Below, piece after piece: positions 1 through 10,361 of a stretch of DNA of 64,000 nucleotides. Position 1 is the stretch's first letter. Each line of letters begins with the position of its first letter. Location: the NCBI GenBank assembly GCA_963796275.1, contig CAWCKY010000007.1:320001-384000 (forward strand). The letters run 5' to 3'. A model generated the notes under the pieces. The model worked only from the letters and a program-made list of their open reading frames with translations, had not been told where the DNA came from and did not search any database. This DNA is from an uncultured Acidobacteriota bacterium. GTDB lineage: Bacteria > Acidobacteriota > Blastocatellia > RBC074. Made by a program: the position numbers and the translations under genes.

Positions 1-213
1 GATTTCGATCCGGCCGAGTGGCGAAAAGGACGCGATCCGCAGCTCGAGAAAGCGGTCGAAGTGGTCATGGCTGATTTGAAGAAGAAGCCTGCGCCGAAGT
101 TCAAGAAACCCGCATATCCGAATTACAATAATGGGCGCGGGCCCGCGGTCGTTTCAGGCAACGGGTCAGGCAACGGTACGAGTCGCGCCTCAAAAGGTAG
201 CGCTCAGAAATAG
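1..213 (+). CDS. C-terminal end of probable S41/tricorn-like protease (partial, begins before window)
   Basis: Frame +1 is open from base 1 to TAG at 211-213: DFDPAEWRKGRDPQLEKAVEVVM...KPAYPNY, resembling the DPQLE..A tail of tricorn-family proteases. Not in ORF track. Confidence 0.65.
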   Translation, partial: DFDPAEWRKGRDPQLEKAVEVVMADLKKKPAPKFKKPAYPNYNNGRGPAVVSGNGSGNGTSRASKGSAQK

Positions 214-223
214 AACGTCGGGG

Positions 224-260
224 GCCTGATGTGATTTCAGGTAATGAAATCACATCAGGC
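224..260. terminator. Hairpin between convergent genes, probable terminator
   Basis: Perfect 16-bp stem GCCTGATGTGATTTCA / TGAAATCACATCAGGC with 5-nt loop, 10 nt after the stop codon; no clear U-tract. Confidence 0.55.
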
Positions 261-413
261 AATCGCGCCCCCCGGAGCCGTTCGGAATCCACAGCCCTGT
301 TTTAATGAGTGCCAGCGAATTTGACTCCCAATAGCAGGCGACCGTGCCACTGAAGCGCTCCTCAATCCTCAAGCCTGCATTTCATAAGAAAAACGCATTA
401 ATCAGCACAGTCA

Positions 414-953
414 TCATTTACTTTTACTTTGGTTGATTACTGCATATTCCAACAACACGATTCCTGATTTGTTGAATACTTTATGACCGGTCAATCTCAG
501 TCCCAACGCTTCCTTTGCACCAGAAGCCGGAAGCAGAGGAATTCCATTACCAAGTAGCACTGGAATGACGGCGATTTCGACGGTATCAACATGCCCGGCA
601 TCAAGGAGACTGCGGAAGAGCGATCCACCGCCGAATAGCCAGATATCCTTACCAGATTCTTCTTTTATGGCAGTTACCCTCTCCTCCGACTTCTCAGAAA
701 TGATGTTCACGTCTGGATAATCGATCTCTCGCAATGAGTGGGAAAATACGAAGGTTCTCATACCCGGCATGCCCGCATTCCCGTCGTGTTTCATCGCTTC
801 GAAAGTTCGTCGTCCCATCAGAAGCGTGTCGAACTGTGCGAAGATCGCGCGAAAGTCGATCTCCGGATCCGTGATGATCCAATTGGTCTCGCCTTTTGGC
901 CCTGCAATGTAACCGTCGAGACTGGCAGCAACTTGATAACGAATGCGTCTCAT
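414..953 (-). CDS. Dihydrofolate reductase / RibD C-terminal domain protein
   Basis: AASLDGYIA, LLMGRRTF, IWLFGGGSL and PVLLGNGIPL motifs. Confidence 0.9.
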   Translation of the reverse strand: MRRIRYQVAASLDGYIAGPKGETNWIITDPEIDFRAIFAQFDTLLMGRRTFEAMKHDGNAGMPGMRTFVFSHSLREIDYPDVNIISEKSEERVTAIKEESGKDIWLFGGGSLFRSLLDAGHVDTVEIAVIPVLLGNGIPLLPASGAKEALGLRLTGHKVFNKSGIVLLEYAVINQSKSK

Positions 954-1145
954 AGCTTATATCTCCTGATTTTGGCAACCTTATTCATCAGCGCGCTTAG
1001 TTTTTACATATAGTAGGAGCGAAGTATAATTTCACAGAAATTTCTGCGCAATTATTTTCTACTCACGGAGGGCTTACACACGCATGACATGCGGCTTGAC
1101 TTCCGATGCGACTTGAAATTTTATGGAATAAGCATGGAAGCAGGC

Positions 1146-2321
1146 ATGAAGAAACTACTGGTCTATTCTCACGACACTTATGGCATAGGCAATATACGGC
1201 GGATGTTGGCGATTTGCCAGCATTTGCTCGAAGTGATTCCGGACCTCTCGATTCTGCTTATCACCGGCTCACCGGTCATTCACCGATTATCGCTGCCTGA
1301 AACTCTGGATTACATCAAGCTACCGGGATTGAACCGCATCGGGCGCGGGGAATACACCACCAAATATCTGAGCGCCAACGTCGCCGATGCGATTCGTCTT
1401 CGCTCCGATTTGATCCTGGCGGCAGTCGCCAATTTCAAGCCCGACCTGTTGATGGTCGATAAGAAGCCTCTGGGAGTGAAGGGCGAACTCGCTGCTACTC
1501 TCTGTTATCTGGAAGCGGAACTGCCCGAAACCAGGCAGGTCCTGATTTTGCGAGACATACTCGATAGTCCGGAAGCGATCATCAGCAATTGGGAGCGAAA
1601 CGGGCATTACGAAGCGATAGGACGCTTTTACGACCTGGTGCTGGTACTGGGCGAGAAGGCGATCTTCGATCCCGTGGTGGAATATCGCTTTCCTCGTCCG
1701 GTTGTCGACAAAACCATCTTCTGCGGTTACGTGCGGAAAGAGGTGGAGATGCAGAGCCGGGAAGAGATTCGCAAATCGATTTGTGCAAACGGGCGGCGGA
1801 GGTTGGTTTTGGTCACTGCCGGAGGCGGACAGGATGGCTATCATGTAATCGAGAATTATCTGAAAGGTATTCGGAAAGCCCCGGTCGATGGGGTACAAAG
1901 CCTGGTGGTTTGCGGTCCCGAGATGCCTCAACGACAGAGAGGCAATTTGCAGGAGCAGGCCGATGGAGATCCGCATGTGCAGTTTTACACCTTCACCGGA
2001 GAGATGGAGAGTCTGATAGCGGCTGCGGACGTCGTCATCGCAATGGCCGGGTATAACACGGTTTGCGAGATCCTTTCGCTCAACAAGCGTGCGATCGTGA
2101 TTCCCCGCGTCAGGCCGACCGAAGAGCAGTGGATACGCGCCGAAAAAATGGCGCGCCTCGGTTTATTCAAAGCTATCCACCCGGACGAGTTGACGCCCGA
2201 GCGATTGATGAGTTGTTTACATGATTCTCTCACTACGGATGGTGACGTTGCTCCAAACATCAATCTCAACGCGCTGCCGGTGGTTGCCGAACGAGTCAAA
2301 GCGCTTCTTGGTCTTTCATGA
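1146..2321 (+). CDS. Predicted glycosyltransferase (COG4671-type, GT28 C-terminal-like)
   Basis: YSHDTYGIGNIRR, LRDILD, TAGGGQDG, MAGYNTVCE and EQWIRA motifs; start placed at ATG 1146; ATGA overlap with next gene. Confidence 0.85.
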   Translation: MKKLLVYSHDTYGIGNIRRMLAICQHLLEVIPDLSILLITGSPVIHRLSLPETLDYIKLPGLNRIGRGEYTTKYLSANVADAIRLRSDLILAAVANFKPDLLMVDKKPLGVKGELAATLCYLEAELPETRQVLILRDILDSPEAIISNWERNGHYEAIGRFYDLVLVLGEKAIFDPVVEYRFPRPVVDKTIFCGYVRKEVEMQSREEIRKSICANGRRRLVLVTAGGGQDGYHVIENYLKGIRKAPVDGVQSLVVCGPEMPQRQRGNLQEQADGDPHVQFYTFTGEMESLIAAADVVIAMAGYNTVCEILSLNKRAIVIPRVRPTEEQWIRAEKMARLGLFKAIHPDELTPERLMSCLHDSLTTDGDVAPNINLNALPVVAERVKALLGLS

Positions 2322-3655
2322 AATCACATGCCCCTGAAATCGGATATATCCTGAAAGGTTATCCCCGTACATCCGAAACCTTCATCACCAACGAAATATT
2401 GCTCCTGGAGAATGAGGGGTTGAATCTGTCCATCTTCTCGCTCAAGAAGTTGGAAGGACAGAAGCTTCACGGAGTCGTCGGCAGGATCAATGCGCATGTC
2501 ACCTATTTGCCGGAAACCACGCCATCTGAAGAGCACAGCGCTGCCGTCTGGTTATGGAATAATGTGCCGAACTTTGCCGCGAGCCACTGGAAACTGTTCC
2601 TGTTGAAGCCGGCGGTTTATCTGCAAACGTTGATCGGTGTGATAGTCATGAGCTTGCGTTACCGCCCGGGCGCGTTCGCTGCACCCAACCGGACATTCAT
2701 CAAAGAATTCCTGCAGGCCGGGTTCATCGCATTGAAAGTCAAGGAGTCGGGTCGGATCCGCCATCTGCACGCTCACTTCTGCCACACCGCGACCACGGTG
2801 GCGATGCTGGCCGGCCGAATGTCTGGTGTTCCATTCAGTTTCACGGCGCACGCGAAAGACATCTATCGTCGCGATATGAATCCCGGCGAACTCTTGCAGC
2901 TGAAGATGCGTTGCGCTCGATTTATCGTGACGTGCACTAAAACCAACCGGGACTACCTGAAACCTTTTTCTACACAAGAGAAGCCTGTTCATACCATCTA
3001 TCACGGCCTCGATCTATCGCTGTTCGTTCCTTCCAGCGAGCGAGCGCAGAGCGATAAACGTGGAGATGTGCCGTTGATCCTTGCGGCCGGCCGCATGGTG
3101 GAGAAGAAAGGCTTCACCTATCTTGTGGAAGCATGCCGCCGCCTTAGAGATCAAGGTTATGAATTCAACTGCCTCATCATCGGTGGCGGAGACCCTCAAC
3201 ACACGGAAGCGATCAGCAGTTTGATAGCCAGCTTGAATCTGGAGCAGATTGTGACTCTGCAGCCGGCGGTCACGCAGGAAGAATTGAGGCGAGTTTACGA
3301 GCAGGCGACTCTTTTCACGTTGCCCTGCCAGATCACCGAGAGCGGCGACCGCGACGGCATACCTAATGTATTGGTCGAAGCGATGGCGATGGAACTTCCG
3401 GTCATTTCAACCGGCATTTCGGGCATACCCGAATTAATTGAAAATCGCGCGAACGGATTGCTGGTGCCCCAAAAGGACGCCGCCGCTCTTGCGCAAGCCA
3501 TCGGTGAATTATTGAGGGACCCGGGCACACGTCACAAATTCGGTCGGGCAGCACGCATCACGGTATGCCGGAATTTTGACGCGAGGCAAAATATTCTGGC
3601 GCTTAAAGATCTGTTCCAGGCCGCATTGGGTGCCAGGGATACCGCGGAAAAATAA
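2318..3655 (+). CDS. GT4 family glycosyltransferase (WcaL-like)
   Basis: KGYPRTSETFI, HLHAHF, FTAHAKDIY, GRMVEKKG, DRDGIPNVLVEAMA. Confidence 0.9.
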   Translation: MKSHAPEIGYILKGYPRTSETFITNEILLLENEGLNLSIFSLKKLEGQKLHGVVGRINAHVTYLPETTPSEEHSAAVWLWNNVPNFAASHWKLFLLKPAVYLQTLIGVIVMSLRYRPGAFAAPNRTFIKEFLQAGFIALKVKESGRIRHLHAHFCHTATTVAMLAGRMSGVPFSFTAHAKDIYRRDMNPGELLQLKMRCARFIVTCTKTNRDYLKPFSTQEKPVHTIYHGLDLSLFVPSSERAQSDKRGDVPLILAAGRMVEKKGFTYLVEACRRLRDQGYEFNCLIIGGGDPQHTEAISSLIASLNLEQIVTLQPAVTQEELRRVYEQATLFTLPCQITESGDRDGIPNVLVEAMAMELPVISTGISGIPELIENRANGLLVPQKDAAALAQAIGELLRDPGTRHKFGRAARITVCRNFDARQNILALKDLFQAALGARDTAEK

Positions 3656-3668
3656 GGGGACGACGCAA

Positions 3669-5117
3669 TTGCTTATCCGAGAGATCATTTCTGATGAGAA
3701 GCTTCCGCAAATGGAAACGTTGCTGAACCCGTCTCAAATGCGGGATGTCTTCGAACGGGAATTGACTGCCGCCCGCGGCAATGCCGCGAGCCTCCGAATC
3801 GATGATTGCCGGATAGCATACGCTAAGTACCGCCCGGGTAAGAACCTCCTCGTCGCTTACCGATTGAAGCTCGTCGATCTTGAAACGGGGCAAACGGGGC
3901 AAACGGGACAAACGGGTCATGCGAGGCAAACGGTTCGTACGCGCGAGCAGCTGATTAGTATTTTGGCATGCCCTGAGGAAGAAAGCGGCGAATTGTTCGC
4001 GCGCGCAAAGGAAGCGCCGCTGGCTGATACGGTCTTTGGTTTGGGTGTTTTTCACGTTCAGGCTTTGGAAGCAGTAGGATGGGTGTTTCCGAATGACCGC
4101 AAATTGACAGGATTGCCTGCTCTCATCGATTCGGATGCCCTCAAGAATCGTTTCAACCCCGAGATCGCGGCAAGAATTTTCGGTGATGCGTGGAGCGTGG
4201 TGGGATTGGAGGGTAATACGGTTCATTACGTGCCCGGGCGCGGCTGTACGGTGCGCGTGAAAGTTGATTTGCTCAGCGCGGTCAGCGGCGAATCTCAATC
4301 GTGCGTGCTTTTCGGCAAAACTTATAGTCTTGCTGAAGGCGAATCTGCATGGCGGAAGATGCGATCGTTGTGGAATGGTGATGAAAAGAGAGCGGGGCGG
4401 CTCTTGATTCCAGAACCGCTGGCGTATGATGCCGAAATAAAAACGCTCTGGCGGCGTGGTCTGGAAGGGGAGACGCTATATGAAGTTGACGCGAACGAAG
4501 CGCGCTATTACGAATTATTGGCGAGCGCCGGTTCGGCGGTGGCAGAGTTGCACGGGACGACAATTTCATCGGCGCCCCCGGTAACGGCGAGCGAAATCGT
4601 ATCGAAGCTGGAGATGTCAGCGGACCTGTTGTACAGCATAAGGCCGAGCTGCCGGGATGAGTTGCGCACGCTGATAGAGAAGTTGATCGGCGTTTCAGAA
4701 CGCATCGGAACGGGCTCAATTGCAACGTTACACGGAGACCTTCATTTGAAGAATCTTTTGGTCACTAACGGGCGAATTGCACTGCTCGATCTTGATAATC
4801 TCTCTCTGGGGGATCCCTTGCTGGACCTCGGAAGTTTTGTTGCGTCGCTTCACTATCGCGGGGTGATCGAAGGGAAGCCGCTGAACGTGATTGAATCGGT
4901 TTCCCAGCGGTTTGTTCAAGCTTATCGAGCGCATGCTGCTTGGGAGGTGTCAGAATGGGAACTCGACTGGCATATCGCAGCGGCGTTGATCTACGAGCGC
5001 GCATACCGCTGTGTGACCAGGCTGAAGGTCGATCGGATCGAAGTTCTTGATGAGATAGTCGCTCTCTCTCGGATGTACAGTTTGCGCGTATGGGATAAGG
5101 CGCGATCTTCAAAATAA
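3669..5117 (+). CDS. Aminoglycoside phosphotransferase-like kinase
   Basis: HGDLHLKN (Brenner motif) and LLDLD; probable TTG start at 3669 after AAGGGGA; contains a QTG repeat at 3882-3917. Confidence 0.8.
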   Translation: MLIREIISDEKLPQMETLLNPSQMRDVFERELTAARGNAASLRIDDCRIAYAKYRPGKNLLVAYRLKLVDLETGQTGQTGQTGHARQTVRTREQLISILACPEEESGELFARAKEAPLADTVFGLGVFHVQALEAVGWVFPNDRKLTGLPALIDSDALKNRFNPEIAARIFGDAWSVVGLEGNTVHYVPGRGCTVRVKVDLLSAVSGESQSCVLFGKTYSLAEGESAWRKMRSLWNGDEKRAGRLLIPEPLAYDAEIKTLWRRGLEGETLYEVDANEARYYELLASAGSAVAELHGTTISSAPPVTASEIVSKLEMSADLLYSIRPSCRDELRTLIEKLIGVSERIGTGSIATLHGDLHLKNLLVTNGRIALLDLDNLSLGDPLLDLGSFVASLHYRGVIEGKPLNVIESVSQRFVQAYRAHAAWEVSEWELDWHIAAALIYERAYRCVTRLKVDRIEVLDEIVALSRMYSLRVWDKARSSK

Positions 5118-5170
5118 TGGGCCGCGCCACGTTTGATTGACATTCAGTTTGGTCGTTTATTCCGCGCGTT

Positions 5171-5499
5171 AATGATCTATGAAAATAGATGCAACCACGT
5201 CATCCAGCGTAGGGGCAGATCTGTGTGTCATTTGTGTCAAGATAAGCCGTCAACTTCGTAACAGCTGGCCACCGAGCGCCAAAGTTACAGGGCTTGGCGA
5301 TTCTTGATGATGTTCCAGGGGCTACGCTTCGCTCCACCCCTGGTTATTTTATTGGCGCCCCTTTGGGGCTTAGGAGCCAGCCTTCTCCCGATCTTGACGC
5401 GCATGACCTGTGTGTCTGCCCCAGGTTCACGGATATGCAGCCCCGCGGCAGGCACAAAGGTCTGCCCCTACGTGGTTGCATCTATTTTCATAGACCATC
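5171..5499. repeat. Nested REP-like palindromic composite
   Basis: Outer inverted repeat CTATGAAAATAGATGCAACCACGT / ACGTGGTTGCATCTATTTTCATAG; GTAG-type unit GTAGGGGCAGATCTGTGTGTC with inverse GGCACAAAGGTCTGCCCCTAC; internal CCAGGGG...CCCCTGG and GCCCCTTTGGGGC hairpins. Confidence 0.7.
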
Positions 5500-5702
5500 A
5501 ACGCACAGCTAAATTCACGCCGTCGCTACGAGATGAAGAAGGTGTATATATCGTGCAAAGTTGGGCATTGACAGGCCATTGAAACGCCGGACTACATTCA
5601 TAGCGCGGCAATGCGGCGGAGGCGAAAGAGGTAATCTTGTAAAACCGATTGCCTGAAGCTCAAAAATACACGATCGCCGGTGACGCGGCTGGACAGAACG
5701 CA

Positions 5703-6869
5703 ATGAAAAAAAAGGTGATGTTTTACTGCCAGCACGTATTGGGGATGGGGCATTTCATCCGCAGTGCTGAGATCGTGCGCCGGCTCACGGGATTCGATGT
5801 CTATTTTCTCAACGGCGGTGAGATCGTCCCCGGATTCGAACTTCCCTCGACGGTAGAGACAATCAACCTGCCGCCGATCAAGGCTGACGTCGAGTTTCGT
5901 GACATTCAGGCGATTGACGGTAGATCGAGCCTGGATGAAATAAAAGCGATAAGGAAACGACGGCTCATCGATGAATATGAGCGCGTGAAACCCGAAATAT
6001 TGGTGATCGAGCTTTTCCCCTTTGGCAGGCTGAGGTTCGCGGATGAGTTGATGCCTCTGCTCGAGCGTGCCAACTCTGCCGGCACCTCGACGAAAGTCGT
6101 CTGCAGCCTGCGCGACATACTGGTGAGTAAAAAAGAGCAGCAGCAGTTCGAGGAAGACGCGTGCCGGATCGTTAACCGCTATTTCGATCTCCTGCTCGTG
6201 CACTCCGACCCGCGATTTCAGCGCCTTGAAGAGACCTTCCCGCGATACTCAGAGCTTAAATGCCCGGTCGTCTATACCGGATTCGTGAACCAAACGATTG
6301 ATGAGAACGACTCGATCGCTGACCCGCTCGATCTCCTGCCTGGCCAGAAGTCGATTTTGGTGAGCATCGGCGGCGGTAGAGTGGGAGCAGAATTGATCGA
6401 TTGCGCGATTGAAGCTGGTACCCGCCTGACTGGACGTCTTCCGCACAGGATGTTCGTCTTCACCGGGCCATACCTCCCGGAAGCGGAGTTCTTGCGGCTT
6501 AGAGCTAAGGCCGGAATCGCGCCCGGTATTAAGTTGGACCGCTATTCCGCACGGTTCATTTCGTATTTGAGGCAGGCGGACGTCTCCATCAGCATGGCAG
6601 GGTACAATACCTGCATGAACATTATTACAACGAGCCCGCGCGCCATCGTTTATCCGTTCACCGGGAATAACAACGAGGAGCAGAGTATCAGAGCGGAGAA
6701 ACTGCGCGCGCTCGGCATCGTCGATGTCATCCGCGGGCAGGACCTCAACGCCGAAACCCTGGCTGAGATGATCGTGTTCGCATTGAGTAAGCCGAAGCCA
6801 GTGCCCGGTGCACCTTTGCTCGATCTTGATGGAGCGGGCAAGACTGCCGTTGAACTGGCGAAACTTTAA
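5703..6869 (+). CDS. Second COG4671-type predicted glycosyltransferase
   Basis: YCQHVLGMGHFIRS, IELFPFGR, SLRDILV, SIGGGRVG, SMAGYNT, EQSIRA. Confidence 0.85.
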   Translation: MKKKVMFYCQHVLGMGHFIRSAEIVRRLTGFDVYFLNGGEIVPGFELPSTVETINLPPIKADVEFRDIQAIDGRSSLDEIKAIRKRRLIDEYERVKPEILVIELFPFGRLRFADELMPLLERANSAGTSTKVVCSLRDILVSKKEQQQFEEDACRIVNRYFDLLLVHSDPRFQRLEETFPRYSELKCPVVYTGFVNQTIDENDSIADPLDLLPGQKSILVSIGGGRVGAELIDCAIEAGTRLTGRLPHRMFVFTGPYLPEAEFLRLRAKAGIAPGIKLDRYSARFISYLRQADVSISMAGYNTCMNIITTSPRAIVYPFTGNNNEEQSIRAEKLRALGIVDVIRGQDLNAETLAEMIVFALSKPKPVPGAPLLDLDGAGKTAVELAKL

Positions 6870-6880
6870 AATGTAGAGCT

Positions 6881-7639
6881 GTGAAAGAAGGGTTCGCTCA
6901 ACTCGGATCGTCACTAGATCGCCTTCGGTCGGAGGAGCGCAAGCTCGATCTATTCTTCCGCGATGACGACGTCGATGAAGATGAGGATTCGCTGCGCAAA
7001 CTGCTCGGCGTCTTTTTAGATGAGGAAGCGCCGGTCAACCTTCAAATCATTCCTGACCGGCTGACGCCGGCGGCCGCTTCTCTGCTGCTGCGGCATCACG
7101 AATTGCGTCCCGATCTGTTCGGGCTCAACCAGCACGGTTGGCGGCACATCAACCATGAACGAGAGGGGCGTAAATGCGAGTTCGGCCCGAGCCGGAATTT
7201 CGACGAGCAACTCGCAGACATCGCGAACGGCAGGAGAGCTCTCGAAGAGGCTTTGGGAGCCGCGTTCACCATGGTATTCACGCCGCCGTGGAACCGGTGT
7301 ACGCCCGACACTCTGAGGGCGCTCGATCGGTTGGGCTTTCTGGGCTATTCGGGATTTCGGAGCATAGAGACGGTCAGCGGTTACAATTTTCGCGACGTCT
7401 CGGTTACGCTTGATCTCCACCGTTGGAAAAACGGCGTCGAGATGAAAAAGGTCGATGATATTGTGGCCGAATTGACGGTGCAGTTGCGCGATCATGATGC
7501 CATTGGAATCATGTTACATCACAAGGTGATGGACGAAGAGGGTTTCGAATTCTTATCGCTTCTGCTGAAGCAATTGTCTGGTTCTCGGGTGATAAACTTT
7601 CACAGTTTTCAAAGTTTATTAACATCTGCACGCGGATGA
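6881..7639 (+). CDS. Polysaccharide deacetylase family protein
   Basis: FFRDDD, QHGWRH, FTPPWN and MLHH motifs of the CE4/NodB-like fold. Confidence 0.8.
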   Translation: MKEGFAQLGSSLDRLRSEERKLDLFFRDDDVDEDEDSLRKLLGVFLDEEAPVNLQIIPDRLTPAAASLLLRHHELRPDLFGLNQHGWRHINHEREGRKCEFGPSRNFDEQLADIANGRRALEEALGAAFTMVFTPPWNRCTPDTLRALDRLGFLGYSGFRSIETVSGYNFRDVSVTLDLHRWKNGVEMKKVDDIVAELTVQLRDHDAIGIMLHHKVMDEEGFEFLSLLLKQLSGSRVINFHSFQSLLTSARG

Positions 7640-7814
7640 CTCACGACAAATCGAAAAACCGCAACAACGGAGCAAAGCCTGCCGTATCCGGCCTTCATTT
7701 ACGTCATCTGCGTCTCGCGACGTACCGCCATGTCACGCTCTGACTCCGGATCCGGATTTGGCAAGTTATCAGGGGCAGGCTTCAGTTTAGGTTTCGGCTA
7801 TAATAACAATCAGA

Positions 7815-9626
7815 GTGGTAAAACAGAGATCCATCACCTTAAAAGGAATAATCAAAGAGCATCTGCTGGAAGCCAAATGGAGCCTTTCCGCTTCGGCGCT
7901 CTGTATGCTCGGCTTCACCTTGACCGAACTGATTTCGCCATGGCCGCTGAAGATCATTTTCGATCATATTCTCCTGGATAAAAGCCTGCCGGCATCGCTC
8001 AGTTGGGTGGGCGATCTGCTGGCGCGCGGCAAGACGTTTGCCGTCGTGACGCTCTCATTGTGCATCATCCTCATCGCCTGCTTCAGGAGCGTCTTCGCAT
8101 ACTTCCACTCATTCCTCTCCTCGCGCATCGGTTACGAGATGGTATACCGGCTGCGCCGCGAGCTGTTCGCCCATCTGCAGCAACTCTCGCTGTCATTCCA
8201 TGCGCGCGCGCGCACGGGAGAATTGCTGACCAAAGTGGTAAGCGATACGAGCGCGCTGAAAGACGTGTTCGCCGAATCGGCGCTCAACTTCGCCTCACAC
8301 CTGCTAACCGTGATTGGGATGTTCATCATTATGTTCGCGCTCAACTGGCGACTGGGCCTGGTCGTGCTGGCGACGTTCCCGCTGCTCTGCTACACCCTTT
8401 TTTTTGTGTACGGCCGAATTAAGATATCCGCCAGGCGGCACCGCGAGCGGGAAGGGAACGTAGCTACGCGCGCGCTCGAAGTATTTTCGAGCGTCCATCT
8501 GGTGCGGGCGTTTGCGCGCGAGAGGCATGAGCAGGAACGCTTCGAGCAGGAGAGCAGCTACACGCTGGAGGAAGGGATCAGGACGGCGCGTCTGGAAGCG
8601 GCAGCCACGCGGGCGACGGAGATCGTCAGCGCAGCCAGCATATGCGCGGTGGTGCTCTTCGGCGCCCTGCAGGTTATCGCGGGTCGTATGCTCCCCGGAG
8701 ATGTGCTGATCTTCACCGCTTATCTGACCAGCATGTATAAACCGTTGCGGACGCTGGCGCGCATCTCAAGCCAGTTCTCGAAGGCGGCGGCGAGCGGCGA
8801 GCGGATCGCCGATATCTTCAGAACCGAATCGGAAATATACGACGATCACCAGGGGTTGCGCGCCGGCAGTCTGAGCGGCGAGATCGTCTTTCGCAATGTT
8901 TCTTTCGATTACGGCGACGGGAATTCTGTACTTCATAATATTTCGTTCAGCATCGCCCCGGGACAGCGCGCAGCATTCGTTGGGTCTTCGGGTGCTGGCA
9001 AATCGACAATCGCCAACCTGCTTCTGCGCTTTTACGAGCCCCGAAGCGGCGAGATCCTGATCGACGGAGTGGAGCTCAAGAATTACGAACGCGAATCGAT
9101 TCGGCGGCAGATCGGCGTCGTGCTGCAGGAATCGGTGCTCTTCGGGGCAACTATCGCAGAGAACATAGCCTACGGTAAGCCCGATGCGACCGATCAGGAG
9201 ATCGAGGCCGCCGCAAAAGATGCGTCCGCGCACGAATTCATTATCAGCCTGCCCGAGGGTTATGACACGATCATCGGTGAGCGCGGCGGCACGCTGTCGG
9301 GCGGGCAGCGGCAGCGCATCTGCCTCGCGCGCGCCATCATCAAACGACCATCCCTGCTCATACTCGATGAACCGACATCAGCCATCGATGCCGAATCATC
9401 CGCACTCATCGGGCAGGCCATCAACCGTCTGCAGCAAGGCAAGACCTTACTCGTCATCTCACACCAGTTCGCCGGGCTCGAAAAGTTCGATCAAATTTTT
9501 GTATTGAAAAATGGCGAGCTGATAGAAAGCGGGACACATACCCAGCTTCTAAACAGGAGAGGCTACTATTACGAACTCTGCAATCTGCAGCAGCCGATTG
9601 CCAGCGAAGAATCGTTCGCCCAGTAA
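7815..9626 (+). CDS. ABC exporter, fused TMD + NBD (MsbA-like)
   Basis: N-terminal TM helices; Walker A GSSGAGKST, LSGGQRQR, LILDEPTSA. Confidence 0.92.
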   Translation: MVKQRSITLKGIIKEHLLEAKWSLSASALCMLGFTLTELISPWPLKIIFDHILLDKSLPASLSWVGDLLARGKTFAVVTLSLCIILIACFRSVFAYFHSFLSSRIGYEMVYRLRRELFAHLQQLSLSFHARARTGELLTKVVSDTSALKDVFAESALNFASHLLTVIGMFIIMFALNWRLGLVVLATFPLLCYTLFFVYGRIKISARRHREREGNVATRALEVFSSVHLVRAFARERHEQERFEQESSYTLEEGIRTARLEAAATRATEIVSAASICAVVLFGALQVIAGRMLPGDVLIFTAYLTSMYKPLRTLARISSQFSKAAASGERIADIFRTESEIYDDHQGLRAGSLSGEIVFRNVSFDYGDGNSVLHNISFSIAPGQRAAFVGSSGAGKSTIANLLLRFYEPRSGEILIDGVELKNYERESIRRQIGVVLQESVLFGATIAENIAYGKPDATDQEIEAAAKDASAHEFIISLPEGYDTIIGERGGTLSGGQRQRICLARAIIKRPSLLILDEPTSAIDAESSALIGQAINRLQQGKTLLVISHQFAGLEKFDQIFVLKNGELIESGTHTQLLNRRGYYYELCNLQQPIASEESFAQ

Positions 9627-9659
9627 CTGACCGCGTGAGCCGCCGCCTATCCAGGCCAG

Positions 9660-9924
9660 TTCGCTGACTTCCGAAACTATTCCCGCCGCAGCGCGATTCA
9701 TGAAAGCCAGGGCTCTTGAGCCGCATTCGCGCGCGCCGTAGCGCAGGTCCTGCCAAAAGTTCCTCCATAAGCCGGATACCAGTCAGAATCTGAGACTGAT
9801 ACTCGGCACGTAATCGCCCATTCCAATAGGAGAGCTGAATGGGCACGCGGGGGAGACCTTCCTCCACATAAATCTTCCAGCGTCCAATTTTGACGAAGCC
9901 GCGGGCATCGGTCATCCGCTGGCA
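9660..9924 (-). pseudogene. Probable C-terminal remnant of an integrase/IS481-like transposase
   Basis: [45 protein letters not shown] resembles C-terminal domains of IS481-like transposases (from recall); no catalytic core; abuts a truncated permease. Confidence 0.4.
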
Positions 9925-10287
9925 TTGGGCCTCGCTGCCCTGTCGCTTGCGTCCATCGGGCTATACGGCGTGATGGCGTTCGTAGTGGCGCAACGCACGC
10001 GCGAAATCGGCGTCCGCATGGCGCTGGGCGCTGAACCGCGTGACATCCTGGCGCTGTTTCTCAATCAGGGAATGCGCCTGATCGGCGCCGGCATCCTGTT
10101 CGGCTTGCTGGGCGGCGCGGCCGTCGCGCGCTTGATGGCCGTTGTGCTGGTTGACCTGAGCCCCTTCGATCCGTTGACTTTCGGCGGCATTTCTCTCTGC
10201 CTGACCCTGGTTGCGCTGCTGGCGACCTATCTGCCCGCACGGCGCGCGACCAAAGTCGCTCCGACCATCGCATTGCGACACGACTAG
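9925..10287 (+). pseudogene. 5'-truncated FtsX/MacB-type (ADOP-like) ABC permease, last ~120 aa only
   Basis: [29 protein letters not shown]...[18 protein letters not shown] is the C-terminus of a normally ~800-aa permease; no RBS or real start. Confidence 0.8.
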
Positions 10288-10361
10288 CGGGGAGGAGTGA
10301 AACCACAGTGGATGCCCTCTTCGGCGATTACCAGGATAGGGGCTATGATTCCGGCGCTCTA

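Noticed and set aside
5294-5703. Short ORFs in the gap within the GT operon
   Set aside because: They are translations of REP palindromes.
7636-7743. 35-aa ORF coupled by ATGA to the deacetylase stop (MTHDKSKNRNNG...)
   Set aside because: No recognisable motif or other support; could be chance or a remnant.
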